In this document: piece by piece, positions 24,925 to 37,100 of the stretch | Layout: every line of letters starts with the position of its first letter | Position numbering within the stretch: position 1 is the first letter of the stretch | Assembly (NCBI GenBank): GCA_965644315.1 | Contig: CBFFRQ010000066.1 | Location: 248,001 to 312,000 of the forward strand | Length of the DNA stretch: 64,000 nt | From: Caecitellus pseudoparvulus | Lineage: Eukaryota; Protista; Bigyra: Bicosoecida | Direction of reading: 5' to 3' | Notes under the pieces: generated by a model | What the model saw: the letters and a program-made list of their open reading frames with translations, nothing else | What the model was told of the DNA's origin: nothing | The model's database searches: none | Program-made: the position numbers and the translations under genes

Positions 24925-26281
24925 ATGGAGCTCCGCGTGGGCAAGAAGTTCCGGTGAGTGGCGCCGCTTGAAACGCAAGGTGAACGCCTGCTGCAGGTCC
25001 ACCTGCAAGGTCCTGCCCGGCGAGCTGGGCACTCCCCCACACCGCTTAACCTGCAGCTTGGGCAAGAAGATTGGGTCTGGCTCCTTTGGTGACATTTACC
25101 TGGGCGTCAATGGTGCGTCAAGGCCTTGTGAGCCTCTCGCGATGGTGCAGGATCGAATCGACCCTTCCTTTTTGCTCAGTGTCCACCGGCGAGGAGGTGG
25201 CCATGAAGCTGGAGAGCACAAAGAGCAAGCACCCCCAGCTCGTGTACGAAGCCAAGCTGTACAAGATCCTGCAGGGTGCCGTTGGCATCCCCTACGTGCG
25301 CTGGTACGGTGTGGAGGTGAGTTCCTTGCGTTGCGTGCTGGACAGGAGACTTTTCTGTGTAAGCCGCCCGATCCCTGTTCGCCTACTACAGGGCTCTTAC
25401 AACGTCCTGGTGATGGACTTGCTGGGACCCTCTCTGGAGGACCTCTTCAACCGCTGTGGGCGCCGGTACTCCCTGGTGCGTCTCGCTGTGTTCAACACCT
25501 GCGTGTTTTTGGCTCGGCGCTGAAGCAACCCTCGGGAACGTCCCTGCCCCACCCGACCCGCGCCCCGCAGAAAACCGTGCTGATGATTGCCGACCAAATC
25601 TTGCTGCGCATTGAGTACATTCACTCCAAGTCCTTCATCCACCGCGACATCAAGCCGGACAACTTCCTCATTGGGCGCGGGCGCCGCTCCAACGTCATCT
25701 ACGTCATTGACTTCGGGCTCGCGAAGCGCTACCGCGACCCCAAGACGCACGTGCACATCATGTACCGTGAGAACAAGCACCTGACGGGAACTCCCCGCTA
25801 TGCCAGCATCAACAACCACCTGGGCATTGAGCAGTCCCGGCGTGACGACCTGGAGAGCCTGGGGTACGTGTTCATGTACTTCCTGCGCGGCAGCTTGCCT
25901 TGGCAGGGCCTCCGAGCCAACACCAAGAAGCAGAAGTATCAGAAGATCATGGAGAAGAAGATGGCCACCCCCATCGACCTGCTGTGCAAGGGCTTCCCCG
26001 ACGAGTTCCGCATCTACTTCGAGTACTGCCGAGCTCTCCGTTTCGCCGACAAGCCCGACTACTCCTACCTGCGCCGCCTCTTCAAGGACCTTGCCCTGCG
26101 CAATGACATCGACTATGATGGCAACTTCGACTGGTGCATGCTGGACGCACAGGCTGCCGCTACCAGCGCGCCCGCTCCCGCCCCTGCCGCTGCTGCCACC
26201 GGCGCCACACCCGCTGCTGCCGCTGCTGCCACTGGGGCAGATGCCGCTGCTGCGCGCGGTGCAATGGGCGCAGGGCAGTGA
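24925..26281 (+). CDS. CK1: Casein kinase 1
   Basis: [10 protein letters not shown]|[16 protein letters not shown]; [64 protein letters not shown]; four introns. Confidence 0.98.
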
Positions 26282-26407
26282 TTCACGTGGCTCCCTCTAT
26301 GTGCGGTGTGGCTGTTTGGGCGTGCCAGTGGCACTGACAATGCAACAGCATGCAAATTTTCCAATGCAGGTGCCCACCCCCACCCAGAGCAATCCTCCAG
26401 TGTGACC

Positions 26408-27532
26408 ATGGCGCGTGCACGGTCTTCCCCAGCAAGGGGGGCTTTTGTGGAGTCGTATCACACTGGGTCTTCGTGCCCTGGTCCGTTGCCGGACTTTCCC
26501 TACACCCCGCACTTTGCGCACGTGCAGTGGGATGCCTACAGAGGCTCACAGCCGGTGCAGATGGCGTACATCGACGAAGCACCTAGTACCAGTGCACCGA
26601 AGTCTGGTGAGCGGGCTGTCATTTTTTTGCTGCATGGGGAGCCCACTTGGTCATACTTGTACCGGTCCGTCACGCCCACCACGCCAAGCCATCCCGCCCC
26701 TGCCCACCACGCTGGCAGCTCTCTCTGCTGCAGATTCATGATCCCCCCACTGCTGCGGGCTGGCCACAGAGTCATCGCGCCGGACCTCATCGGCTTCGGG
26801 CGCAGCGAGAAGCCACTAGACCCCGCTGACATGTCCTACCTCAAACAGGTCGGCTGGGTGCGGAATTTGCTTCTCAACCATCTACGTCTGGGGCAGACTC
26901 GTCAGACTGCCATGACATTGTTCGTGCAAGACTGGGGTAGCCTCATTGGGCTGCGGTTGGTCGCAGAGTTCCCCTGGGCATTTGCAAGGGTCGTGGTGGG
27001 GAACGGCTTCCTGCCAACAGGCAGCATCAAGGGTCCATCCGCTGCCTTTCGGCGGTGGCTTGCCTTTTCCCAATCCACGCCAGAGTTGCCTGTGGGAGGC
27101 ATCGTCGCTGCAGGAGTGAAACGCGACCTTGATGCACATGAAATTGCCGCCTATGATGCTCCTTTCCCGGAGGAGGCGCTGAAGGCAACAGCGCGGGCGC
27201 TGCCAGCACTTGTGCCGACAGCGCTCACCAGCGCAGCCGCGCTAGACAACGCCGCTGCATGGTCAACATTGGCCCGGTATCAACGACCGTTCGTGACGGC
27301 GTTTTCAGACGGTGATCCGATCACGCGGGGGGCTGATGTCGTCCTCCGCGCAAGGATAGCGGGATGCCGTGGCCAAGCCCACACAACAGTGCCCGGCGGG
27401 CACTTCTTGCAAGAGGATGCCCCCCAGCAGCTTGTGCAAGTTATCTTGCGGTCAATTGCGGACAATCCTACGGCGGGGTCCTTGCCACCCTTGGTCCGCT
27501 GCGGGGCGCTGCCCGTCGAAGCCAAGTTGTGA
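26408..27532 (+). CDS. Haloalkane dehalogenase-like alpha/beta hydrolase (HLD-I type) with C-terminal PTS1 (-AKL)
   Basis: LHGEPTWSYLYR|FMIPPL, APDLIGFGRSEKP, nucleophile elbow VQDWGSLIG, AAYDAPFP, acid in FSDGDPIT, and base in GGHFLQED. In-frame 69-nt intron 26665-26733. Confidence 0.88.
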   Translation: MARARSSPARGAFVESYHTGSSCPGPLPDFPYTPHFAHVQWDAYRGSQPVQMAYIDEAPSTSAPKSGERAVIFLLHGEPTWSYLYRSVTPTTPSHPAPAHHAGSSLCCRFMIPPLLRAGHRVIAPDLIGFGRSEKPLDPADMSYLKQVGWVRNLLLNHLRLGQTRQTAMTLFVQDWGSLIGLRLVAEFPWAFARVVVGNGFLPTGSIKGPSAAFRRWLAFSQSTPELPVGGIVAAGVKRDLDAHEIAAYDAPFPEEALKATARALPALVPTALTSAAALDNAAAWSTLARYQRPFVTAFSDGDPITRGADVVLRARIAGCRGQAHTTVPGGHFLQEDAPQQLVQVILRSIADNPTAGSLPPLVRCGALPVEAKL

Positions 27533-27601
27533 CAAAATGACTTGCGTGGCCTCGGCAGAGGGGCTCGGTGCATTGAGCGGCATCGTCAGCGAACGAATGC
27601 A

Positions 27602-30323
27602 TCACTGTGCTGCAGCGCCAGCAGTGCGCCCGTACAGGGCTTGGATGTCGTCGTTGTACTTGGTCACAAGCTGCTTGCGCTTCAGCTTGAGGGACGCAGT
27701 GACGAGGCCGGTCTCAGGCAGCCACTCCTCCGTGGCAATGTGCACGGCAGAGGGGATCTCGGTGGCCTGGAAGCCCTTCTCCTGTCCGATGCGCTTCATG
27801 TCAGCCAGGATAGCCTTCTTCAGCTCAGCGCTGGCAGCCATATCCTCGACACTGGACAGGTCGGGGAACTCTTGGCGCACCTTGTCAACATCAGGGGTGA
27901 TGACAGCCACGGCCTTGGACGCCTCGCCATCGCCGTATGCCAGAATGGCCGTCAGGTACGGGCACAGAGCCAGCGTGGACTCGATCTTGCCCAGGCTGAT
28001 GTACTCGCCGTTGATGAGCTTCACCAGGTCCTTCTTGCGGTCAATGATCTTCAGCACTCCTTGAGGCGTGAACTCCCCGACGTCACCCGTGGCAAACCAA
28101 ACACGGCCGGTCTCAGGATCTGCGACAAAGTCTTGCGCGGTCTTCGTGGGCATCTCGAAGTAACCATCAGCGACAGTGCCACCAGCGATCAGAACCTCGC
28201 CACGGGGCACGTCAGCATTGGCGAAATAGCCTCCCTCGGGCCAATCACGCAGCTTGATGTCCACTGCTGCGGTGGGCGGGCCCACCAGCCCGAAGTCGCG
28301 GTCGTGGGGCCACACGATGGTGGAGCCTCCCATGGTCTCGGTCAGGCCGTACCCCTGCCCCACAGGGCAGCAGAAAACAATGTTCATGAACTGCTGCGTC
28401 TCCTTGTTCAGGGGGCCACCTCCGGAAATCATCATGCGGACCCGGCCGCCGAGCGCCTCCGTGCGAATCTTGTCGAACAACAGGAAGTTCCAGAAGGGGG
28501 CGTCGTTGCCGCGGGACAGGGCCCGGCGCTTGCTCTCCATGCCCGTGTTGAACAGCCAGGATGTAACAGCACCCTTGGCAGCCACCTTGGCAGAGATGCC
28601 CTTGCGGATCTTCTCCATGACAGCCGGCACGGCAGCCATGACGGTGGGTGCGAGGCAAGCAGCATCGCCCTTGACAACGGGTACGCCCGCCTCGGCATCA
28701 GGCACGGGGATGCGGCGAGAAGAGGCGACCAGGGTCTCCTTGGAAGCGTACCCGACAGCTGCGCCACTGGCGTACATGCACAGCTCGGCGAGGAGCTCCA
28801 GGATGTGGGCGAGAGGAAGGTAGGCGATGTAGGAGTCGGACTGGTTGAGGCCAGGCAGGGACTTGATCGTACCAGCGACGCCAGCCACCAGGTGCTTGTG
28901 GCGGATGACAACACCCTTAGGCAGCCCCGTGGAGCCGGATGTGTACTGGATGTTGGCAATGGACTCGGAGGTGGGCTTTGTGTCGGGGGTGTCAGGGACG
29001 GGGTTGGCCTTGCCTTCCGCCACCAAGGCATCGAAGGACATGAGCTCAACGCCAGCCTCTTCCAGGGCAGTGACGGTCTCGGGCTTGATGAGAGCAGGAT
29101 CCCCGATGTACACGACACACTTGAGGGAGCGGGCGTGGGCGTCGTAGGTCTCCGAGCCCACTCCGGTGGGCACACTCTGGCCAGCCTTCACGTCCAGCAG
29201 CTTGTGCACGAGCTCGGCGTCGCACACCATGATGGAGACGTCAGTCTGGGTCACCGCGTAGCCGACGGCAGGCACGCCCAGGGTGGCGTACACGGTCACG
29301 ATGGGGATGCCGTGGCGGAAGGCGCCGAAGGCAGCCTGGGTCCACTCAGACTTGGACTCGGCGTAAATGCCAATGCGCTTCTCGCGCAAGCTTTCGCCAT
29401 CAGGCAGTCCAGCTTCGATGGCGGTGAGCTTGTTCCACAGGCCAGCGCCAACAGCCACGACAGCCTTGTTCACTTCGTTGTAGGTCTTGAAGGCGTAGGA
29501 GTCAGCCATGACCCACTTCTCAATCTCCTTGCTCACAGTGTTGCCAGAGGAGTTCGTGAAGGTGACTTTCTGCGTGATGACGCGCTCAATCGCTCGGGTG
29601 CCTTGGCAGTTGGAGTGGCCGTACTTTGCCACTGCGTTGTCCCAAAGCTCACGCAGGTTGGTGCAGCCGTCGTAAGTCACTGCCAGCTCGGGGGCCAATA
29701 CGTTGCGGTAGGCGCCTGTCTCTCCCAGGGTTCCCTCGGCAGCGGGCTTGTTGTGGGTCACCTTGACAGCGCGGGGCAGGGCTGTGTTGGAGCGTTTACG
29801 GCCATGGTGCATGCTGCGGCAGCTGTCGCACGGCCGCAGGAGACGCTCACTCACTCGACGCGGGGACTTCAGGGTCTTCGTAAAGGTACTGTGCAAGCAC
29901 CAGCAGGGGCAGAGTGAGGGGTCTTCCCACTGCAGGCCCACGCACGGCGGGCCAGGCGCCCGAGAGCCGGGAATGCAAGTGGCACTTACCAGGCCAACAC
30001 AGGGCAGGAAGATGGCGAGCAGTAGGACGACGACGAAGGCGCCGACGGGGAAATCATCTTCAGAATCCAACCAGATCAAGCTCACGCCCACAGCCAGCAC
30101 CAGGGATGCGAGGGTGGTGATCAGGCACGGCGTGAAGGCAGTCAAGCAAGGAGTACGGTGCAGACCCTGTACGTGGCAGTGATGGTGTTGAAGCACGCCG
30201 CTCTGCTGCCGCTCTGCGCAGTCGACGCACCTTGCGAGAGAACTCAACACCTTCTTGCCAATCCTGTTCGGCAGCAGACATGGTGGAGGTGGAGGCTCCT
30301 TGAACCGGGACGGCAGTGGCCAT
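27602..30323 (-). CDS. Long-chain acyl-CoA synthetase (ACSL3/4, LACS8/9-like) with N-terminal TM segments
   Basis: IQYTSGSTGLPKG, YLPLAHILE, QGYGLTET, PRGEVLI, WFATGDVGEF, IIDRKKDLVKL..GEYISLGKIE and GLVTASLKLKR. Introns at the 5' end. Confidence 0.95.
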
Positions 30324-30490
30324 GATCACTGCGTGGACGGCGGTGGTGCGCCTCAGGACAGCTGGCCTGCTGGCAGGGGCTGGCAGTGTCCGGGGGAAGT
30401 AGTGATGGCAGGCGTATATTGTTGGGACGGTGTGTGTCTCTGTGGAGGGTGCCCAGTTGGTGTGGCACAGGCTTTGTCTCATCGGTGGTA

Positions 30491-30502
30491 GGGGGGGGGG
30501 GG
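30491..30502 (+). repeat. G12 homopolymer in the divergent ACSL/TOR intergenic region
   Basis: Twelve consecutive G, about 170 nt upstream of the ACSL start. Confidence 0.9.
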
Positions 30503-31124
30503 CATGTGCAGCTGGCGTGCTGGTGCAGGAAGCCGCACATGCCCTCTGGTGTGGGCAGCCCCCGCAGACGCTTGGCTCTCCCTGACCCCCTCGCCCAGGC
30601 AAATCAACATAGCTGTCCCGCGCAAGTGACACTCATGCGGCACTTCTTGGCGTCGCACCCACTGCCCCGGGTTCCTCGCAGTTGCGCAGCTTGGCCTGCC
30701 TAGTGCTGCTGCACCTTGGAGCGGGGCAGCTGGTGCCCCGAGGCTGTCCGAGGCCCACTCCCACCACCACAACGCCCGGGCCCCTCGTTGAGCTGGCGAA
30801 GGTTGGTGCCATCTTGTATCTCGCAGCTCAGAACAGTGAGTACGCAGGGCTGCTTTGCTGGCGGCCAGCTGCCGTGAGCGTGGTCGGCGTTTCAGCTGGC
30901 AGTACCGAGCACCAAGGGCGGCCCTGGGGCGCCCCAGTGTCCCGCTGACACTGCTCCATGCCGCCCGGGATGGGTTGTTGTATACTTCTCGTGGCTGAAG
31001 CCACTTTCACACTGCATAGCTCGCGGCACTTTCCGTGGTGGCCAGAAGCCTACGACCCTGGCAGAGCACATGAAACGCAAGCGCCACGTTCACCCAGCGC
31101 CACTCCTGCCCACGCAGACACACG

Positions 31125-34100
31125 ATGGAGCCAGCAGCCATTTTGAGCTCATTGGCAGCTGCTGAGAGTGATGCACAGCGCCTCGTGCTGGGCCGACAGC
31201 TCGGCAACGCCGTGGCGGCACAGTACCGTCTGCTGTCCCCCTCCGAGTTCAACACAGCCTCCAACGACCTTGCCAAGGAAGTGTCCAACATGTTCACATC
31301 AGGATCAAGCGGCGCCAAGCTCGCAGGGATTCTGGCGGTCCACGCCTTGGCAGATACCCACATGAAGGGCAATGACACCACCATCATCAGGTATGCCAAC
31401 TTGCTGCGCAACGTGTTTGAGCGCCAGGATGGCGGGGCCAAGCTGCTGCGTGTGGCATCTAAAGCTCTCGGGCACCTGTGCAAGGTGGCAGGCGATGTCT
31501 CACCAGACTTCATCTTGTTTGAAGTGCGGCGTGCCCTGGAGTGGCTGGCTGCCCCTCGCGGCCGCACTGCCCACAGGCTGCCCGCAGTGCTGGTGTGCAG
31601 GGAGGTGGCAGACAACGCGCCCACCCTGTTTTTTCAGTTCTCAGAGCCATTTTTCGGTGCCATCCCCTCGGCCCTGGGGGACAAAGACGTCATGGTCCGG
31701 GAGTGTGCTGCCAAGGCCCTGCGATCCGCACTGGCGGTCGTCGAAAGCAGGCGCTCGCCTGAGCGCCCCCGCTGGTACGAGGAGCTGTACGAGCAAATAA
31801 CACTGCTAACGCGGTCCCGTGGCTCCGGTTCCGCGCCAGCGGTGCATGGAGGGCTGCTGGCGCTGGGGGAAGTGCTCATGCGCACAGGGCAGTTCTTGCG
31901 CCCTCGCTTCACGGACACGTGTCGCACGGTGATGGGCCTTCGGTCTTCTCCAGACAGCCTCATCCGCCGGGCAGTCATCGCCCTCATTCCTCAGCTAGGT
32001 GCCTTTGCCCCAGCAGAGTTTGTTGCAGACTACGCAGAGGCGGGGCTGGAGCACCTTCTGTCGTCCCTGAAGGTCACTGAGGACCGGGGTGTGGCCTTCG
32101 TCGCGCTGGGCCGCTTCGCCTTGGCCATTCGAGGGCACTACTCTGAGGCCCGCCTGAAGCCCTTCTTGGAGCGCATCGTGTCCAGCGTGCGGGAGGGCTT
32201 GACGCCCAAACGCGGGCGGCCCTTCTGTGGCGAGGGCCTCTCGTGCTTGTCCATGCTGGCGGAGGCAGTGGGCCCACCGCTTGCCCTGCACATGCACGAA
32301 CTCTTGGAGCGCATGTTCCGCGCGGGCCTTTCGGTCGTGCTCGTGGACGCCCTGCGCAACATCGTGCGGCACATTCCCGCCCTGCTGGAGCTGGTGCAGG
32401 AGCGCTTGCTGCACGAGCTCTCTTTGGTGCTGGCCGGGCGGCCGTGGGCTCCACCACCCAGCGACGCAGTGGCAATGATGCCCTCCTCCAACGCAAACAA
32501 GACGCTGCGCACGGCGCAAGGCAAGGTACTGGGCCTGGTGCATGGTGTGGAGGGTGGAGCCCCCGGCCGCGGCGGCGCTCAAGGCGGCCTCGTGGCTGAC
32601 GCAGACGTCGCTGGATACGCCCCCTCCACCGCCTCAGAGCGGGGGGCAGCTGGCCTGGCTGCGAGCCTGTCTGCGAATGCCCCCCCCACTGCATGGACCC
32701 GCTCCATGCTGTCTGGCACAAGCAGTGCCGGGGGCGGTGCGGAACGGGAGGGGGGTGCCACCGGCGTGTCGTATGCCGGGCAGGGCACCTCCGGGGACGT
32801 GCTGAGCGAAGCAGGGCAGCGAGTCATGCTGGCGCTGCGAACCCTCGCAAGCTTTGACTTTCGAGGCGTCCAGCTGCTGCCCTTTGTCCGGGAGGTGGTG
32901 CTGGAGTATGCAGACGACGCAGAGCCATCCATTCGGCAAGTGGCGCTGTGGACGGCGGCTCGAGTCTTGTTGCGGCGCTTCGGGGACAGCTGCCACCCGC
33001 TCGGTCCCGGCCCGGCGTTTGAAGGAGTGGTGCCATCTCCAGGGCAGCTGCGGGCGCAGCTTGAGGCGGTCGTCCCGCACGCGTCCGCTGTGAGCATGGT
33101 GCCTGCCCCTGCTGATATGCACGGCGGCGGTGGGCATCTTGGCGGGCACAGTGGGGGTGCACGGCGGCCTGGGAGTCCAAGCAGAAGCCACCGTGCAGCA
33201 GGCGTCGTACCAGGTGTGGACACGTACATGCCTGTGCTTCTCGCGTCGACTGGCGTTACGTTGGTGGTGGTGCAGGAGGTCCTCTTCCGCATCGTCATGG
33301 CTGCTGTGGGGGATCCCCTTCCAGCAGTTCGCCTGGCGGCGTGGCGCTGCCTGGAGAGTCGCTTCGACCCGCTCCTGGCACAGGCCTCCACGCTGCAGTG
33401 CCTGGCCGTCAGCCTTCACGACGAGTCGTTCCAAGTCCGCGAGGCAGCTGTGTCAGTGCTGGGCAGGGCCCTGCCGCGCAACCCTGCCTTCGTCCTGCCC
33501 CTGCTGCGCAGCGTGCTGCTGGAGTTGCTGTCTGAGTTGGAGTTTGGCATCGTAGGGCGCCAGGCCCAAGGCCAAGGTACGCCGGGAGCGACCACAGCGG
33601 CACCCGCGTTTGAAGGTAGAGGTGGGGAGGGTGCTGCCAGCCGTACCAGAGGCCAGGGCCTTTCAGGCGCAGGGGCAGCAGGGGGGGGGCAAGCTTGGGC
33701 ACAAGGCGGAAGGGGGGGTCGTGCCGGGGACGCCATGCATGTCACGGCGTCACAGGAGCACGCCGCCCTGCTGCTGGGGCAACTCATCACAGCTGCACAG
33801 CCCATCGTGGCGCCGTACGTGCCGCCCATCTTGCGGGCTCTTCTCCCAAAAGTTGCCGTGGGTGCCCAGGCGGGGGCATACTCCTCGTCGATGGTGTTCA
33901 CCATGACGGTGCGCCCCCCCCCCTCCTCCATTCTCACCATGAATGTGCTGGGCACACTAGGCGAGCTGTCAAAGGTGGGTGCGCAGGCCATGGCCCCCTA
34001 CCTCCGCGACTTGCTTGCGTTGGTGCTTGGCACTCTGCAGGACACATCCGATGCTCACAAGCTTCAGACGGCAGTGCGCACACTGGACTTGCTCGTGCGT

Positions 34101-37100
34101 AACACAGGCGCTGTCATGCTGCCATACATCCAGTTCCCAGCGCTGCTGCCGGCCCTCATGGAGATCGTGCGCCGGCGCACGGCACAGCCATGGGGCCTGC
34201 GCAAGGAAGCCCTCCGTGCCATTGGCACCCTTGGCGCGCTGGACCCCCACCGGTATCACCTGACACAAGCATGGGTGCGCTCGGGCGCACAAAGCGCCGG
34301 CGGACGTGCCGCAAGGGGGGGAGGAGCCTCTAGCGAGAACAGTGCAGAGGCGACGGATGAAGCGGCGGTGCACCCCTTGCAAGCCGCCGCTGCCGGGCTG
34401 CGCCCGCCTGTCGTGACCTTTGCCGAGGCAGATGAAGGGGACGCTCTGGACGCTGGGCTGCATGTGCTGGAGGACGGGCGGGCGACAGCCGACGGCGGGG
34501 CCCGAACACCGCTCCCCACTGCAACTAGCGAGGGACCGAGTGAGGGCGCCACAGCACAAGGAGGCCCGCTGGCACCCCCTGGCGCGACGGGTGGTGCAGA
34601 CGATGAGGACCCTGTCCTGCGCACCGACATTCCAGCCTCGCGCATCCTCACCACCATGGTGGCTGACCCAGAAGATTTTTACCCCACCGTGGCGCTGTCT
34701 GCGCTGCTCCGCATCCTGCAGGACCCTTCGCTGACCACTCACCACAGCTTGGTACTGCAGGCAGTCACGTGGGTCTTCCGCGCGCTGGGGCACCGCTGCG
34801 TCCCTTTCCTTCCCCGTGTCGTGCCGGCGTTCCTGTCCATCCTGCGCAGCAAGGGGCGGCAAGGCTGGCGAGCAGACGGTGGTGCAGGAGGCGGTGCGTC
34901 CTTGCGGGATTCTCTGCTGCAGCAGCTGGGCGTGCTGGTGGGCCTTGTGAAGGCTCGCATGTGCCCTTACCTGCCCGCCATCTTCGAGCTAGTGGACGTG
35001 GCGTGGCCTCACTCCCTGCCCTCCATCTTACGGTTGGTGGAGTCTGTCGCGAACTCCCTTCCAGATGAGTTCACGGCACACCTGCCCATGCTGCTCAGGC
35101 ACATGCTGGCGGTGTTAAACCACCCTACACTGCCTCATGCCTCTGCGGCCGAGGTGCTGCGTGGGCACGCTTCAGCTGGACCAGAAGACAAAGAGCGTGG
35201 CATTGAGCAGACACGACACCTGCTGGCCACCATCGCAAAGCTGGGTGGGCAGTTAAGCGGGCACATGCACATGCTGTTGCCCGCGATGTGCCCCCTGCTT
35301 GAGCGTGATGACTTGGACCCCACCGTGCAGGTGCAGGCCATGCTCACCATTGCCCACCTGGCTGCGGCAGGTGTGGACATGCGCCCGTTCGTCGCTCGGG
35401 TGCTGCAGCCGCTGTGCCGTGTGTTGGGGGGGGAACCCCGCCCAGCCATGGGCAGCGTGGCGAGTGGGAGTGCAGGGGAGCCTAGGCGCCCCTCCTCCGG
35501 GGCCCGCAAGTGTGCTGCAGATACGCTGTGCTGGCTGGCATGCCAGCTGGGCTCCGGCTTCATGCTATTCGTTCCAGGGGTGTCTCGGGCTCTGGCTCGA
35601 AGTGGCCTGCATCACCCCCTTCTCACAAAGCTTTGTGATACCGTGGTGCAGGGCGGCGCCCTCCCCCCCAACCCTGCCGTGCTCATGGCCAAGGGCAAAG
35701 AGGAAGCCATCGAAGGCGTGGCTGGTTACCTCGCCGACATTGCCGGTGCTGAACTGGGCCTGGTTGGGGAGATCGGCGGCGGCATCGGAGCCGGGGAAGC
35801 CGGTGCTGGTGGCATGGGCGGCATGCCAATCGGCGGTGTCTACGGCAAGGTGGAAGTGCACGCTGCGAAGCTGGCCCAGGCTTGGAACACCGCGGGCTGC
35901 TCAGCGAAAGAGGACTGGCAGGAGTGGATCCGGCGGTTCTCAGTCGAGCTCCTGCGTGAGTCCTCCTCCCCTGCTCTCCGCGGCTGCTCGTCCCTGGCAC
36001 AGGTGCACCGCCCCCTGGCCATGGAGCTCTTCAATGCTGCCTTTGTCTCCTGCTGGGACGAGCTGCAAATGGAGTACCAGGGTCCCTTGGTCGAGGCGCT
36101 GGAGAAGGCTCTGCTGTCCACCTCCCTCCCTCAAGACATCTTACAGACTCTGTTAAACCTCGCCGAGTTCATGGAGCACGACGGCAAGCCCCTGCCAATC
36201 GACATCCGCACACTTGGCGCGCTGGCTCTGCGATGCCATGCCTATGCCAAGGCCTTGCGGTACCGGGAAATGGAGTTCTACCGACAGGTGAAGGATTTAG
36301 GCAAGACTGAGTGGCAGTTTAGGCACGTGTCTGGCGCTTCGCTGGACACAAGCGGCGGCACTGCAGCGCCGGGGGAGCGCACCACCATGGCCCTGGCTTC
36401 CCAGAGCACGGCAAAGGTCATCGAAACTCTCATTTCCATCAACAACCAGCTGGAGCAGCCTGAGGCAGCTGTGGGCATCTTGAAGTTCGCGCGGCAGCAG
36501 GCCGCGTACGCCATGGCAGCACACAACCCAGCAGTGGACTCCACGACAGGCCCGGGCGCAGGGGGCACAGCAGACGGCGTGGAGCATGGGGATGCGTTTT
36601 CTGTGGGGAACTTGGAAGTGAAGGAGTCCTGGTACGAAAAGCTGGGCCGGTGGGAGGAAGCGCTGGATGGGTACGAGCGCAGGTGGGCCCAGGTGGTTGG
36701 GGATGCCCAAGGCACCATGGGGGGGGACGTGCAGGGCGTCCTCGTGTCCCACAAGCTGGCCCTGCATGTGGGGCGCATGAGGTGCTTGCGGGCCTTAGGA
36801 GAGTGGGATCGCCTGGACACCCTCGTGAGGGCTGTCTGGCCGCAGCTCGGAGACAATGATGCCCATAAGGCGTCTGTGGCGCCGTACGCCACTCGCGCAT
36901 GCTGGGCGCTGGGGCGCTGGCACGACATGGAAAAGTTCATGGCGTACACACCTGACTCCAGCAAGCAGGGTTCCTTCTTTAGGGCTGTGCTGGCCATCCA
37001 CAAAGGCCACTACTCCACCGCAGAGCGCTTCATCGACCGGGTGCGGTACATGCTGTCGGGTGACCTCCCTGCCCTGGTTGGGGAGAGTTACACTCGAGCC

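Noticed and set aside
27542-29917. 791-aa plus-strand ORF antisense to the acyl-CoA synthetase
   Set aside because: Shadow ORF caused by strong G/C third-position bias; no motifs, and it coincides with the real minus-strand gene.
30491-30502. G12 run as a regulatory G-quadruplex for TOR/ACSL
   Set aside because: A single homopolymer in a GC-rich genome, with length prone to sequencing error; no further support.
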